DNA of 64,000 nucleotides, from assembly GCA_016188355.1 (NCBI GenBank), contig JACPHY010000011.1:23219-87218 (forward strand), read 5' to 3'. This document shows positions 48,432-57,719 of this stretch, piece by piece (within the stretch, counting starts at the first letter, position 1; every line of letters starts with the position of its first letter). The notes beneath the pieces are model-generated. The model was not told where the DNA came from. It saw only the letters and a list, made by a program, of their open reading frames with translations, and ran no database searches. The stretch comes from Candidatus Uhrbacteria bacterium. Its GTDB lineage: Bacteria > Patescibacteriota > Patescibacteriia > JACPHY01. Made by a program: the position numbers and the translations under genes.

Positions 48432-49042
48432 GCGCGATGGTGCAGGTGGGCGAATGCACTGCATCGACCGAGGCGATGGGTCCGGGTCGGCGCGCGTGCC
48501 TCTGGGTCCGCGGATGCTCGATCTGCTGTCCGGGGTGCGCGACGCCGGAGTTCATACCGTTGAGCACCACGCACGGCGTTTCGGTGGAGGAGATTGGTGC
48601 ATGGATCGCACGCGCTCGTACGGAGCAGCAGATCACGGGTGTGAGTTTTTCTGGCGGAGAGCCGTTCGAGCAGGCAGTCGCGCTCGCCGCGATCGCGCGG
48701 TACGCACGCACGATCGGCTGCTCCGTTCTGAGCTGGTCCGGGTACACCCGCGCACATCTCGAGGGATCGAGCGCGCCTCCCGGATCTGCGGAGCTCCTTG
48801 CCACGCTCGATGCGCTCATTGACGGTCCGTTCATTGCCGCACAGCAGGGCGGTGCTCCGCCACTACGAGGATCAACCAATCAGGTACTGCACCTCCTCAC
48901 CGATCGCCACCGTTCCGAGGATTTCTGTGTACGGACCGTCGAGATTCGTACCGATGCGCAGGATCACCCGATCGCCGTCGGCGTCGACCGCTACGCACGC
49001 CAACACGCGATTCTCCGGTTGCTTGGCCAATCGATTCGATAG
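48428..49042 (+). CDS. Radical SAM protein, NrdG-activase-like
   Basis: GPGRR, CSICCPGC (CxxxCxxC), FSGGEPFEQ, DALIDGPF, LRGSTNQ. Confidence 0.9.
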   Translation: MSAMVQVGECTASTEAMGPGRRACLWVRGCSICCPGCATPEFIPLSTTHGVSVEEIGAWIARARTEQQITGVSFSGGEPFEQAVALAAIARYARTIGCSVLSWSGYTRAHLEGSSAPPGSAELLATLDALIDGPFIAAQQGGAPPLRGSTNQVLHLLTDRHRSEDFCVRTVEIRTDAQDHPIAVGVDRYARQHAILRLLGQSIR

Positions 49043-49071
49043 AGGAGCGAGCATGCTCGTAATCAGATCGT

Positions 49072-49154
49072 GTCCCATCGTTCCGCGATGGGGCTTCCCA
49101 CTTCCGGATTCCGTGCGAGTCCGAAAATGGGAGGCGCAATGCCTCGGTTCCTTC
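49072..49154 (+). promoter_or_regulatory. Two-hairpin intergenic element, copy 1
   Basis: GTCCCATCG-TTCCG-CGATGGGGC, TTCCCA...TGGGAGG, GGTTCCTTC. Confidence 0.7.
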
Positions 49155-49182
49155 ACGTGCAGGAAAGAGAGGAGATGGTTCC

Positions 49183-50295
49183 ATGCAACGGTTATCGAAA
49201 CAGCCGACGTCGGTGGTGCTGCAGCCCAAGCAGATTCTCCTTCCGCATTATTTACGGGAAGGGGACGGTGAGCATATGGTCTGTTTGGCATGGTCCAATG
49301 TAGGGACGCATGTGGTGGTGGGTTCTGGCTCCGTCATCTCGTCCTGGCGGAGCGATGGGATACTCTGTGGGCGATTGTCCATGCCGAGCAATACCAATGG
49401 ATGGAATGTTGTGTGTATTGGGGAAACGCAGATACTCTTGCAATGCAGTATCGATTGCGGGAGCTTCGAGAGTTCGGTGACGAAGTGGCTTGCGCCCATG
49501 CATTTGCAGCAGATGGAGCGCCTTGGACGGCCGCGCAGGGTTGGGGACATAGGTGTTTGCGTGTCCGTTGCCCCGAATCAGGAATGGGTTGCTCTGGAGA
49601 CCGTGCCGCTACGGCAGTCGAACGTTTCGGGCTGGCCGGTATGGTGGACACTCTATTCCATCATCAATCGTCGACCGATGTTCCAGATGTCGATATCCAA
49701 TCGGTCCATGCTGCACTCTTGGGAGCCGCAGAGCCGTTGGTGTGCTCTGGCCAGCAAAGAGGCATCAACGGTTTTTCTCGTCGCTCCATTGCATGATGGA
49801 GGGAGAGAAGAGGAGGTGCAATGTGGCCATCTGGTGGAGGATATGGCGGTGTCGCTAGACGGTCAGCGGCTTGCGGTGGTGTGCGAGCGCGGGCATTGCT
49901 GGGCGTATCGGGTGTCGATGGATGGAACCGGCGCATTTGATGTTGCGTTGGATCGGCCGATGCGGAGCCTTAGGGTGCGTATGATGGAGTCCGTGTTCCT
50001 TCGCTGGACCCCGGATGACCGACTCATTTGCGTACTGGAACGAGAGCCGAGCATCGTGTTGACGGACGTGTGGGGAGGCTCGAGGCCGCGGGTGGTCGCG
50101 AAGGTGCGAGGTCCTGCGGAAATGCGGTTGCTGAGCGTATCTCCTGATGCGCAACGGATGCTCGTGGTGGGCAGGATATCCAAGTCACTGTTCGGCCAGA
50201 ACGTTGTTGAGCGCTTACCTGTTGTGCTCGATTTTGGCGCACCGCACTTCGATCTCGCCCCCCGGGAAAATTGGGCGGACGCCTCGTTCGGGTGA
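49183..50295 (+). CDS. Beta-propeller protein A with WADASFG tag
   Basis: WD40-like blades (LAWS..G, VSLDG.RLAV, VSPDAQR); ends LDFGAPHFDLAPRENWADASFG. Confidence 0.8.
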   Translation: MQRLSKQPTSVVLQPKQILLPHYLREGDGEHMVCLAWSNVGTHVVVGSGSVISSWRSDGILCGRLSMPSNTNGWNVVCIGETQILLQCSIDCGSFESSVTKWLAPMHLQQMERLGRPRRVGDIGVCVSVAPNQEWVALETVPLRQSNVSGWPVWWTLYSIINRRPMFQMSISNRSMLHSWEPQSRWCALASKEASTVFLVAPLHDGGREEEVQCGHLVEDMAVSLDGQRLAVVCERGHCWAYRVSMDGTGAFDVALDRPMRSLRVRMMESVFLRWTPDDRLICVLEREPSIVLTDVWGGSRPRVVAKVRGPAEMRLLSVSPDAQRMLVVGRISKSLFGQNVVERLPVVLDFGAPHFDLAPRENWADASFG

Positions 50296-50332
50296 GTGCG
50301 CTTCTCGCGTGGTTCTGTTGCTCCGCGATTTT

Positions 50333-50407
50333 GTCCCATCCCCGGATGGGACTTCCCACGCCGCGATCTCCAAGTGAGGCCGCTGCGTGGGAGGAGTGGT
50401 TCTTTCA
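50333..50407 (+). promoter_or_regulatory. Two-hairpin intergenic element, copy 2
   Basis: GTCCCATCC-CC-GGATGGGAC, TTCCCACGC.GCGATCTC-CAAGT-GAGGCCGC.GCGTGGGAGG, GGTTCTTTC. Confidence 0.8.
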
Positions 50408-50435
50408 CCAGAGCAGGAAAAAGGAGGTATCGGTC

Positions 50436-53174
50436 ATGGAATGGCTGATGCAATTTGACGCGCTTCGGGCGCGGGGACAGCACGCGTTTCTGTTTGTGGG
50501 GAGCGCGGGAGACGGATTCCCGCGGTCGCCTGCGGATGCCGCAAGTCCGGTCGACGCGCTCGATCCATGGGCGGAAACAATGGCTCACCACCTCGCGGGC
50601 ACGCAGGCGCTGGTAGTGACGTTCGATGTGGCAAGGGGACTGACGTTCCGTTCTCCCGAGGATGAGCAGGCATTCCATGTGGGTGCGTGTGGCGATGCGC
50701 CATCGCCGTCGCCACAGAATGCCGTTGCGCGTGCACGGGCAACGCGGCCGACCGCGTGGCCGTGGGAACCGGCGGAGGCGCTCGATTGCTTGCGTCTTGC
50801 CTGCACGCGATTCGCGACTGCCACGGGGAATGCGCGACGCTCCTTGGCAATCATCCTTCCCGACGTGGATGCCATGGTGCCGGATGCCGCCACCATGGCA
50901 ACTCCGAGTTCGGCGGTGCCATTGACCTTGCTGCGACTCCTGGAATCTGACGCATTCCGTCGGTGCGGACACTGCTTCCTCATGAGTGCGCCGACCACGC
51001 GATCCGTGGATGAGCGATTGCGTCGTCCCGACGCACCGATCGCGGTGATTGCGGTGAGCCGCCCGACGGAGCAGGAGCGGGACGCGTTCATTGCGTCGTC
51101 GTGTGCGACCGAATTGACCGATCTCCAGCGTGAGCGTGCGATCGCCGCACAGGCGCTTGCCGAAGCACGGAGCCAGGTGGTGGCGAAGGCTGAGGTCGAC
51201 CGAGCACAAGCAGCTGCAGCGATGCGCGATCATGCGGCACGCGAAGCGGCGCTCGTGGAGCATGATGCGGAGTACCAGCGTCTCGAGCGGATATATCAGG
51301 AGTTGGCCGCGCAGCAACAGCGTGCGCGTGACCAGGCCTCGACGGATCGGCGGCAGCGTGAGCATGCGCTCGTGCAGGAGCATGATGTGCTGGTGAAGCG
51401 CTTCCTATTGGATGCCGCGCTTGCGATTGTCCCGATGACGGACGACCGATGGTCGGCGATGGAGGTGGGTGACGCGTTGCAGATCACCGTGCGGAATGGG
51501 TCGGGTCAGGAGGAGGTGATCGTCAAGCACGTGCTCGAACGGAAAGGCGATGGGTGCGTCCTCTCGCGGAGCAATGATCCGCATGCCCCACACGTGCATC
51601 ATTGCGACCAACATCCGGGCGAACATCATCCGAAGGATCATCTCCAGCCCATGCTCTTTTTCTGGAAGTGCGGCATGGTGCATGGACGTCGGCTGCATGC
51701 GACCAAGGACCCGGAGCCGATGCCGATCCCGGAGGGATCTTCGTGGACGGTCATGTACGTGCCTCGCGAGCGTTTCGTGGTACAGGCGCGTCTGGCGACG
51801 ATCGAGCAGGAGCGTGAGCGCCTCGAGGTGGAGTCCGAGACGGTGGTGACCCCGATCGATGGGGATGTACCGCGCGCGGCAGCTGCATGTGCGGCACGAC
51901 GCGCCATCGTGCTCGCCGAATGGCAACGCGAAGGCGGGGTGCTCCGTGCGGCGATGCAGGAGGCAGAGGCGTGCATGGCGAATCCGGCGAGTCCGGAGAT
52001 GGATCGCTGCGCTCGGGAACTCCACCGCGCGGAACAGCGGATCACCGCCGCATCGGTGCGCGGCGCATTCGCGCTCCCGGATGGCGGCAGTGCGTCGTGT
52101 GCTCGGCTGATGCAGGGGTTCGGGTATCGCGATATGGTGGCGGTGCTTCGGTCGGCACGCGCGGAGCGGCGTCCGGCAACGGCGGCCGACGTGCTCACGG
52201 CGCGGCAGGCGATCCTCCGTCGGTCGTACGGTGATCTCTTCGAGATCGTCGATCCGGAGTTCGGATTTGCGGAGATCGCGGGCTGCGATCACGTGAAGCG
52301 ACTCTTCGCGCGCATTCGTGATCACATCCGTGCGGGCAATCGATCGCGGGTGCCGATGGGCGTGCAGCTCCTTGGGCCCCCCGGCGTCGGGAAGTCCGCG
52401 ATTGCGATGGCGTTCGCGCGGGAGTGCGGATTCCTCTTCGTGCGGATGAAGAATATTCGTGAGCCGTGGGTGGGGGCGTCGGAGGCGCGGTACGAGCGTG
52501 CGCTGCATGCGCTCCGCGAGCTCGCGCCAGTGGTCTGGTTTCGGGACGAGGTGGATCGTGCGGATGCGGGTCGTGATACGTTCCATGGCGATTCCGGGGT
52601 TTCGCTCCGTATCCAGGAGATGACGATGGAGTTCCTCGCGGATCCCGCAATTCGTGGCCGCGTACTCGCGCTCAGCGCTTCCAACCATCCGGCGCGACTC
52701 GAGGCAGCGCTCGTGCGCGCGGGGCGGACAGACGAGCGGCTCGCGATGCTCTTTCCGGACGAAGCAACGATTGCGGCGCTGCTCCGCATCAAGGTGCGTC
52801 AGCACGGATTCCCCTGCGCGATCGATTCCTTTGCGCCGTACGCGGCATCCATGCGGTGGTGGCCGGGCGGACTCATTGAGAAGGTGGTGCGCGTGGCGTA
52901 CGATTTCGCGGAGGAGCAGGGTCGCGCGGCGATCGACGATGCATCGCTGCGCGCCGCCATCGCGGATACGATCCCGCCGGACGATCACGAACTCGAGTAC
53001 GCGGAGATGACGCGCGCCGCCATCAGTGCGACGAGTAACCAGCGCCATCTTCCGGCAGATGTGGATCAGCAGCTTGCCTGGGCGGAAGCCGTGCTCCGGA
53101 AGCACGGGCGAACCGATACGCATGCGCGGATTCCTGTTCCGGTACGAAGTCCCAGCGGCAGTTTGCCTGCGTGA
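50436..53174 (+). CDS. AAA+ ATPase (Ycf46-like) with a large coiled-coil insertion
   Basis: C-terminal GPPGVGKS, WVGASE, WFRDEVD, SNHPARLEAALVRAGRTD; degenerate N-terminal AAA-like region; AAGGAGG RBS. Confidence 0.88.
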   Translation: MEWLMQFDALRARGQHAFLFVGSAGDGFPRSPADAASPVDALDPWAETMAHHLAGTQALVVTFDVARGLTFRSPEDEQAFHVGACGDAPSPSPQNAVARARATRPTAWPWEPAEALDCLRLACTRFATATGNARRSLAIILPDVDAMVPDAATMATPSSAVPLTLLRLLESDAFRRCGHCFLMSAPTTRSVDERLRRPDAPIAVIAVSRPTEQERDAFIASSCATELTDLQRERAIAAQALAEARSQVVAKAEVDRAQAAAAMRDHAAREAALVEHDAEYQRLERIYQELAAQQQRARDQASTDRRQREHALVQEHDVLVKRFLLDAALAIVPMTDDRWSAMEVGDALQITVRNGSGQEEVIVKHVLERKGDGCVLSRSNDPHAPHVHHCDQHPGEHHPKDHLQPMLFFWKCGMVHGRRLHATKDPEPMPIPEGSSWTVMYVPRERFVVQARLATIEQERERLEVESETVVTPIDGDVPRAAAACAARRAIVLAEWQREGGVLRAAMQEAEACMANPASPEMDRCARELHRAEQRITAASVRGAFALPDGGSASCARLMQGFGYRDMVAVLRSARAERRPATAADVLTARQAILRRSYGDLFEIVDPEFGFAEIAGCDHVKRLFARIRDHIRAGNRSRVPMGVQLLGPPGVGKSAIAMAFARECGFLFVRMKNIREPWVGASEARYERALHALRELAPVVWFRDEVDRADAGRDTFHGDSGVSLRIQEMTMEFLADPAIRGRVLALSASNHPARLEAALVRAGRTDERLAMLFPDEATIAALLRIKVRQHGFPCAIDSFAPYAASMRWWPGGLIEKVVRVAYDFAEEQGRAAIDDASLRAAIADTIPPDDHELEYAEMTRAAISATSNQRHLPADVDQQLAWAEAVLRKHGRTDTHARIPVPVRSPSGSLPA

Positions 53175-53187
53175 AGTCTGATGTCCT

Positions 53188-53261
53188 GTCCCATCTTCGG
53201 ATGGGACTTCCTACGCCGCGATCTCTGTACGAGGTCGCTGCATAGGAGGAGGGTTCTTTTC
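53188..53261 (+). promoter_or_regulatory. Two-hairpin intergenic element, copy 3
   Basis: GTCCCATC-TTCG-GATGGGAC, TTCCTACGC.GCGATCTC-TGTAC-GAGGTCGC.GCATAGGAGG, GGTTCTTTTC. Confidence 0.8.
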
Positions 53262-54329
53262 ATGAATGCGGAAAAAGGTGTCATGGCGACGTCGGCGGCG
53301 TTCTCGCCGTTGCCGCTGCGCGTTCCGGATCCGGTCGTGACGATATTGCCGAGCAGCAACATGGCGCAGCGGGTGGTGTGGTCACCAAATGATGCATATG
53401 TGGTGACGATGAGCAGGGTGGCCGAAATTGCGGGCATGGCTCGGGTGATGATCTGGAAAGACATGAAGACGGTGGCTGCATATGTGGGTTCGTACAACGC
53501 GCGACCGGAAGAAGATGGGGTGGCATGTACGGGTGATGGGCGATTGTGGTTCGTCAACAGGGATGGGAGTGTCGTGTTGGTCGCGCATCCGGAGATGGGA
53601 GGGGGTGTCGAGGTGTTATCGCGTCGATTCGCGAGCCCCCACGTATTCGCTGGTGCGTCGGACGGATCGATCTTTATCCAAGCAGGTGATATGTGTCCCC
53701 GGGTGCTCCTCGTCGCCACCGGGAGATCCCGTATCGTGTCCAGCTCGGAGAACTGCACGGGTCTCGGGGTAGATCCACATGGAAAGAGTGTGGTGATCGT
53801 GAGTGATGCTTGGGTTGCTGGGGGTAATTACGTGGGGACGCTGCAACTCCGTCCCTTGCCCCATCTGAAGTCGCCAGTGATTCGGCGTGCGTCCTGTGGA
53901 GCACGGTTCTCGAATCCGGTATATAGTCCCGATGGGTCACGCATTGCGGTGGGATGTTCCAAGGGACATGTGCATGTGTTCACGAGTAGCGCACTGGAGG
54001 AGCGGGATTGGATCTCTCCCCCACGGGCGCCCAGTGAAATACTCGCGCTTGCCTGGAGTACGAACGGCCACCTCTGTGCGGTGGGGATGCATAAGATGCT
54101 GCTGATGATTGACATGCGTACGGGCAACACGATCCGCATCTTCGACGACATGCATCATGACGTGGTTTCGCTCGCCGCATCCCCGGACTCTCGGCGTCTG
54201 CTCGTGAATACCCACGGAGTATCCGCCGACATCGCCGAACAGAAACATGGTGCCGCCATCTTCGACTTCGGCTCCCCGAATTTCGGCACAGACGCGGCCA
54301 CGCACTGGGCGGATGCATCGTTTGGGTGA
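53262..54329 (+). CDS. Beta-propeller protein B with WADASFG tag
   Basis: VVWSPND, YSPDGSRIAVG, LAWSTNG, LAASPDSRRLL; ends FDFGSPNFGTDAATHWADASFG; start may be 53283. Confidence 0.85.
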   Translation: MNAEKGVMATSAAFSPLPLRVPDPVVTILPSSNMAQRVVWSPNDAYVVTMSRVAEIAGMARVMIWKDMKTVAAYVGSYNARPEEDGVACTGDGRLWFVNRDGSVVLVAHPEMGGGVEVLSRRFASPHVFAGASDGSIFIQAGDMCPRVLLVATGRSRIVSSSENCTGLGVDPHGKSVVIVSDAWVAGGNYVGTLQLRPLPHLKSPVIRRASCGARFSNPVYSPDGSRIAVGCSKGHVHVFTSSALEERDWISPPRAPSEILALAWSTNGHLCAVGMHKMLLMIDMRTGNTIRIFDDMHHDVVSLAASPDSRRLLVNTHGVSADIAEQKHGAAIFDFGSPNFGTDAATHWADASFG

Positions 54330-54360
54330 AGAGGAGCATCATCTCTACAGGAGGTGTCGT

Positions 54361-55398
54361 GTGTTGATTGATTTGGATACCGGGACGAATCATATTCGAG
54401 ATCCATGGATGGCCATGCTGCGAGGGCACGAGCAGCTCGTGGATGCCATGGTGTGGTCTCCAGAGGGGGATCGTATCGTCACCTCGGATCTCGATGGCTG
54501 GATCTACATGTGGGATGCGCGGACAACCGCAGTCATCCATGCGAAGCATCGGTGGCCTCGGCTGGTCTCGGTTGCGTTCGGAGCAACGAAGCATCGGGTA
54601 TATTTTCTTTCGCCTGAGCACGAATTGGGTTGCTGGGATCAGGAAGACGCATTTGGTCGCGACCGGGTGTTTTCCTCCTTTTCGTCGGAGATGCGTCAAT
54701 TCGTTATGCGTGGTCCGTGGTATATCGCGTGGGCACCCCCGGGGAGAGTGGATTCGGATTACGAGTACGGGAACCTACTGAAAGATAGGTGGGAGGCGCA
54801 CACGATACGCATGGACGGACGCTTGGATGCGGCGACGCTCACCGGTGATGGAGGACCCTATGCGTTGCTCCTGTCGGGTCGTCAGGTGACGAGCGTTCGG
54901 ATGGATGCGTTTGTCCCCTTGGCGACATGCAAGGTATTGCCGCACCATCCCCAGCGTGCTCCTTCGATCGTATGTGCGCGGCATGGGCGATGTGCGGCAA
55001 TATGCTGCGATGACCACCTCCATATCATTGCGTTCAATGCAGACTACTCGAGTGCGGAGGAGGTGCAATGTTTGGAGATGGGAGGACAGATCGGTGCGTA
55101 CGAGTGGCTTTGGGGTGATCGCGCGCTCCTCATTGCGCGGAAGGGATGCGCCACGTTGTGGTGCGTCGATGTGCGCAGCGGTGTCGTGCTTTGGCAGTCG
55201 AATGATTGCTGCACTCCCGCGGGTGTCATGGTTGGCGCGCCGGACAGCCGCCGAGTACTCATCAATACACGGCCGAAAGAAAATAATCCCAGAAATAGAG
55301 GAAAAGAAGCGCTGCATGCACTGACCCTGCTCGATTTTGGTGATCCGCCCGCGTCACGTGATGGTTCGCCATGTTGGGCGGATGCATCGTTTGGATAG
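54361..55398 (+). CDS. Beta-propeller protein C with WADASFG tag
   Basis: Canonical WD40 repeat LRGHEQLVDAMVWSPEGDRIVTSDLDGWIYMWD; ends LDFGDPPASRDGSPCWADASFG; AGGAGG RBS, GTG start. Confidence 0.85.
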   Translation: MLIDLDTGTNHIRDPWMAMLRGHEQLVDAMVWSPEGDRIVTSDLDGWIYMWDARTTAVIHAKHRWPRLVSVAFGATKHRVYFLSPEHELGCWDQEDAFGRDRVFSSFSSEMRQFVMRGPWYIAWAPPGRVDSDYEYGNLLKDRWEAHTIRMDGRLDAATLTGDGGPYALLLSGRQVTSVRMDAFVPLATCKVLPHHPQRAPSIVCARHGRCAAICCDDHLHIIAFNADYSSAEEVQCLEMGGQIGAYEWLWGDRALLIARKGCATLWCVDVRSGVVLWQSNDCCTPAGVMVGAPDSRRVLINTRPKENNPRNRGKEALHALTLLDFGDPPASRDGSPCWADASFG

Positions 55399-55407
55399 CG
55401 CGATTTG

Positions 55408-55480
55408 GTCCCATCTCCGGATGGGACTTCCCACACCGCGATCTCGGATGAGGTCGCTGCGTGGGAGGAAGGTTCTTTCC
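55408..55480 (+). promoter_or_regulatory. Two-hairpin intergenic element, copy 4
   Basis: GTCCCATC-TCCG-GATGGGAC, TTCCCACAC.GCGATCTC-GGAT-GAGGTCGC.GCGTGGGAGG, GGTTCTTTC. Confidence 0.8.
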
Positions 55481-55505
55481 ATGACGATTGAGCAGAGGAG
55501 GTGAT

Positions 55506-56546
55506 ATGACGGTGTCTGCCGGGCAACCCACGTCATTGCAATGTGTTCCGGATCCTGTGGTAACCATCTTGCCGGGCACGTATCGGGTGAGGGAGGTGGT
55601 CTGGTCACCAGACGATAGGTTTGTGGCGACCCTTTCGGATGCGATAGTAAATCGTTGCGTCGAAGTGTGGCGTGATCCTTCGGGCAGTGTTACGCGCATG
55701 GATACATACGCCGCGCGGGCTATGGGTATAACGGGTACGAGAGACGGACGATTGCTGTTCGTCCAGAGTGACGGTCGGGTCGTGTGCGTTACTCCATCCG
55801 ATCCGCAGTCGCGTCCGTGCGTGGTGTCTGCGTGTGCTTGGCTTCCCGAACCCCGATTGTGTTCTGGGGTGTGGGGTGAGACATGCTTTGTGGGTGCGGC
55901 GAACTCCTTCTATCGCGTATCACTCGCGGCGGATGAGAAGCCGCGTGTCCTATTCCGCGCGAAGGTGCGTGACGACCTGGTGGTGGATCCTCGTGGTGGG
56001 CATATCGTGATAACCCATCAAGTGTTGGCGAACGAACATTACGATGGCGTGCTTCGGCTGCGTCCGTTGGCGTCCCCGAAGCCTCGTGTGGTATGGCGTG
56101 CATCTTGCGGAGCTTGGGGGAGTCTTTCGCGTCCGGCATACGCTCCCGACGGATCGCACATCGCTGTGGGATGTTCGTGGGGGCATGTGCATCTCCTTAC
56201 GAATAACGCGCAGGAGGAGGAGGGCGTCGGCGTCATTCGCCACCCCGAGCACTTTCATCCGCACATTGCCTGGAGTGCGAATGGTCGCGTGCTCGCGGTG
56301 GGAGCAGGGTATGAGCTGCGCATCGTAGATGTCGCCACACGCTCCGTCATTCGCACCTTCGATCGCCTGCATGATGCGATCTACGCGCTCGCCGCGTCCC
56401 CGGACACTCGGCGGCTGCTCGTGAATACCCATGCGCAACCAGGAACGAGGGACGATGCGCGATGGAGCGCCGCCATCTTCGACTTCGGCTCCCCGAATTT
56501 CGGTACCAGCGCGGCGGAGCACTGGTCGGATGCATCGTTTGGGTAA
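55506..56546 (+). CDS. Beta-propeller protein D with WSDASFG tag (paralogue of B)
   Basis: VPDPVVTILP, YAPDGSHIAVG, LAASPDTRRLLVNTH; ends FDFGSPNFGTSAAEHWSDASFG. Confidence 0.85.
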   Translation: MTVSAGQPTSLQCVPDPVVTILPGTYRVREVVWSPDDRFVATLSDAIVNRCVEVWRDPSGSVTRMDTYAARAMGITGTRDGRLLFVQSDGRVVCVTPSDPQSRPCVVSACAWLPEPRLCSGVWGETCFVGAANSFYRVSLAADEKPRVLFRAKVRDDLVVDPRGGHIVITHQVLANEHYDGVLRLRPLASPKPRVVWRASCGAWGSLSRPAYAPDGSHIAVGCSWGHVHLLTNNAQEEEGVGVIRHPEHFHPHIAWSANGRVLAVGAGYELRIVDVATRSVIRTFDRLHDAIYALAASPDTRRLLVNTHAQPGTRDDARWSAAIFDFGSPNFGTSAAEHWSDASFG

Positions 56547-56572
56547 CGAAATGGTTTTCGTGTCGAATGGGA

Positions 56573-56633
56573 TTCCCATCTCCGGTGGTGCCTCTGCGCT
56601 TTCGAGATGGAGCGTATGTTGCATGTTCTTTGC
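56573..56633 (+). promoter_or_regulatory. Degenerate copy of the two-hairpin element
   Basis: TTCCCATCTCCGGTGG...GTTCTTTGCATGACGA resembles copy 4. Confidence 0.4.
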
Positions 56634-56651
56634 ATGACGAAGGAGTAGCGC

Positions 56652-57710
56652 ATGTCGATGTTGGTGCTGGATCCGAAGATCACCCGACTTCCTGCTGTGA
56701 CGCAGACGAATGCATGGTATTCCGTCGTATGGTCCCCATCTGGCGCGTACGTGGCTGGGGTACAGGATATGAAGATCATTTCGTGTTGGCGTGGTGATGG
56801 GTCGCTGCTTTGGACGCAGGACTACTCGCGTGAGAGTGTACAGGATTGTGTATTCGCAGGCGACGACACGCTCTATGTGCGGTCCATCGGTTACTTCAGG
56901 GATGGCACACGTCGCGTGCGTATTCGGAGGTGCATGGTGCCGGATCGGCGTGGCCGCAATGCGATGGTGTGTTCCCGTCCGGTGTCTCGGCTGGGGTCCA
57001 TGGCGGCTACTAGGGATGGCGCCCTCCTTTATGCGGAGTGGTTGGGCAGTGGTCTTTCATGGCATCGGTACTCGCAATCATGCTCCCATCCGCACCAGTC
57101 GGTGATACGGGAGATTGCCTCCTGTGCGGATACGTTGCACTTCTCACGTGATGGGCGTTGGTTGTGGGAGGTGCAGCAGTCGAGCATCCAGGTAACGTGC
57201 ATGGTGACCAATGATACGGCGTGCGTCGCAAATTGTGGTGCTTCCATATTGGCGGTAGACGTTGCAGACGAGAGTCACCGTATTGCGGTGGTGCACCGAA
57301 ATGGACGTATTGCGGTCTTTGCGCATGAGCGAGATCCCCGTAACGGTGTGCTTCGAGTGGTGCGCGACCGTCCGGATCGGCGTTGGTGTCGGTCGATGCG
57401 GCATGCGGCAGTGATTTGGGGACCCGGTGATCATCTCTTCTTGTTGATTGGGCAAGAGCATCGCCTGTTGCTCGTTGACGCGGATGCCCCGGACGAACTT
57501 ACGGTCATGGCGGAAATACCGCAGGTGCGGCAGGTGGCGACGATCTCCCCTGATCCGCACGCGCGTCGGGTGTTCGTGCTCGGCTCGCTCTCCACACCGT
57601 CCGCATCGCGTCGCCGCGAATACGACTATGGTTCCGCGCTCCTCGATTTTGGTTCCCCCTACCTCGGCCTCGTTGCGCCCGTGCACTGGGCGGATGCATC
57701 GTTTGGGTAG
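56652..57710 (+). CDS. Beta-propeller protein E with WADASFG tag (paralogue of A)
   Basis: VVWSPSG, FSRDGRWL, RIAVVH; ends LDFGSPYLGLVAPVHWADASFG; AAGGAG RBS. Confidence 0.82.
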   Translation: MSMLVLDPKITRLPAVTQTNAWYSVVWSPSGAYVAGVQDMKIISCWRGDGSLLWTQDYSRESVQDCVFAGDDTLYVRSIGYFRDGTRRVRIRRCMVPDRRGRNAMVCSRPVSRLGSMAATRDGALLYAEWLGSGLSWHRYSQSCSHPHQSVIREIASCADTLHFSRDGRWLWEVQQSSIQVTCMVTNDTACVANCGASILAVDVADESHRIAVVHRNGRIAVFAHERDPRNGVLRVVRDRPDRRWCRSMRHAAVIWGPGDHLFLLIGQEHRLLLVDADAPDELTVMAEIPQVRQVATISPDPHARRVFVLGSLSTPSASRRREYDYGSALLDFGSPYLGLVAPVHWADASFG

Positions 57711-57719
57711 CGCGATTTG

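Noticed and set aside
44089-53123. Long antisense ORFs (e.g. 44089-46521, 49863-51383, 51405-53123) and similar shadows elsewhere
   Set aside because: They lie opposite well-supported genes and are expected in high-GC DNA; no motifs or RBS support them.
55481-56648. Tiny upstream ORFs after the element (MTIEQRR* at 55481, MTKE* at 56634)
   Set aside because: Present in only two copies, in-frame with the gene in a third and absent in the others; too inconsistent to claim leader peptides.
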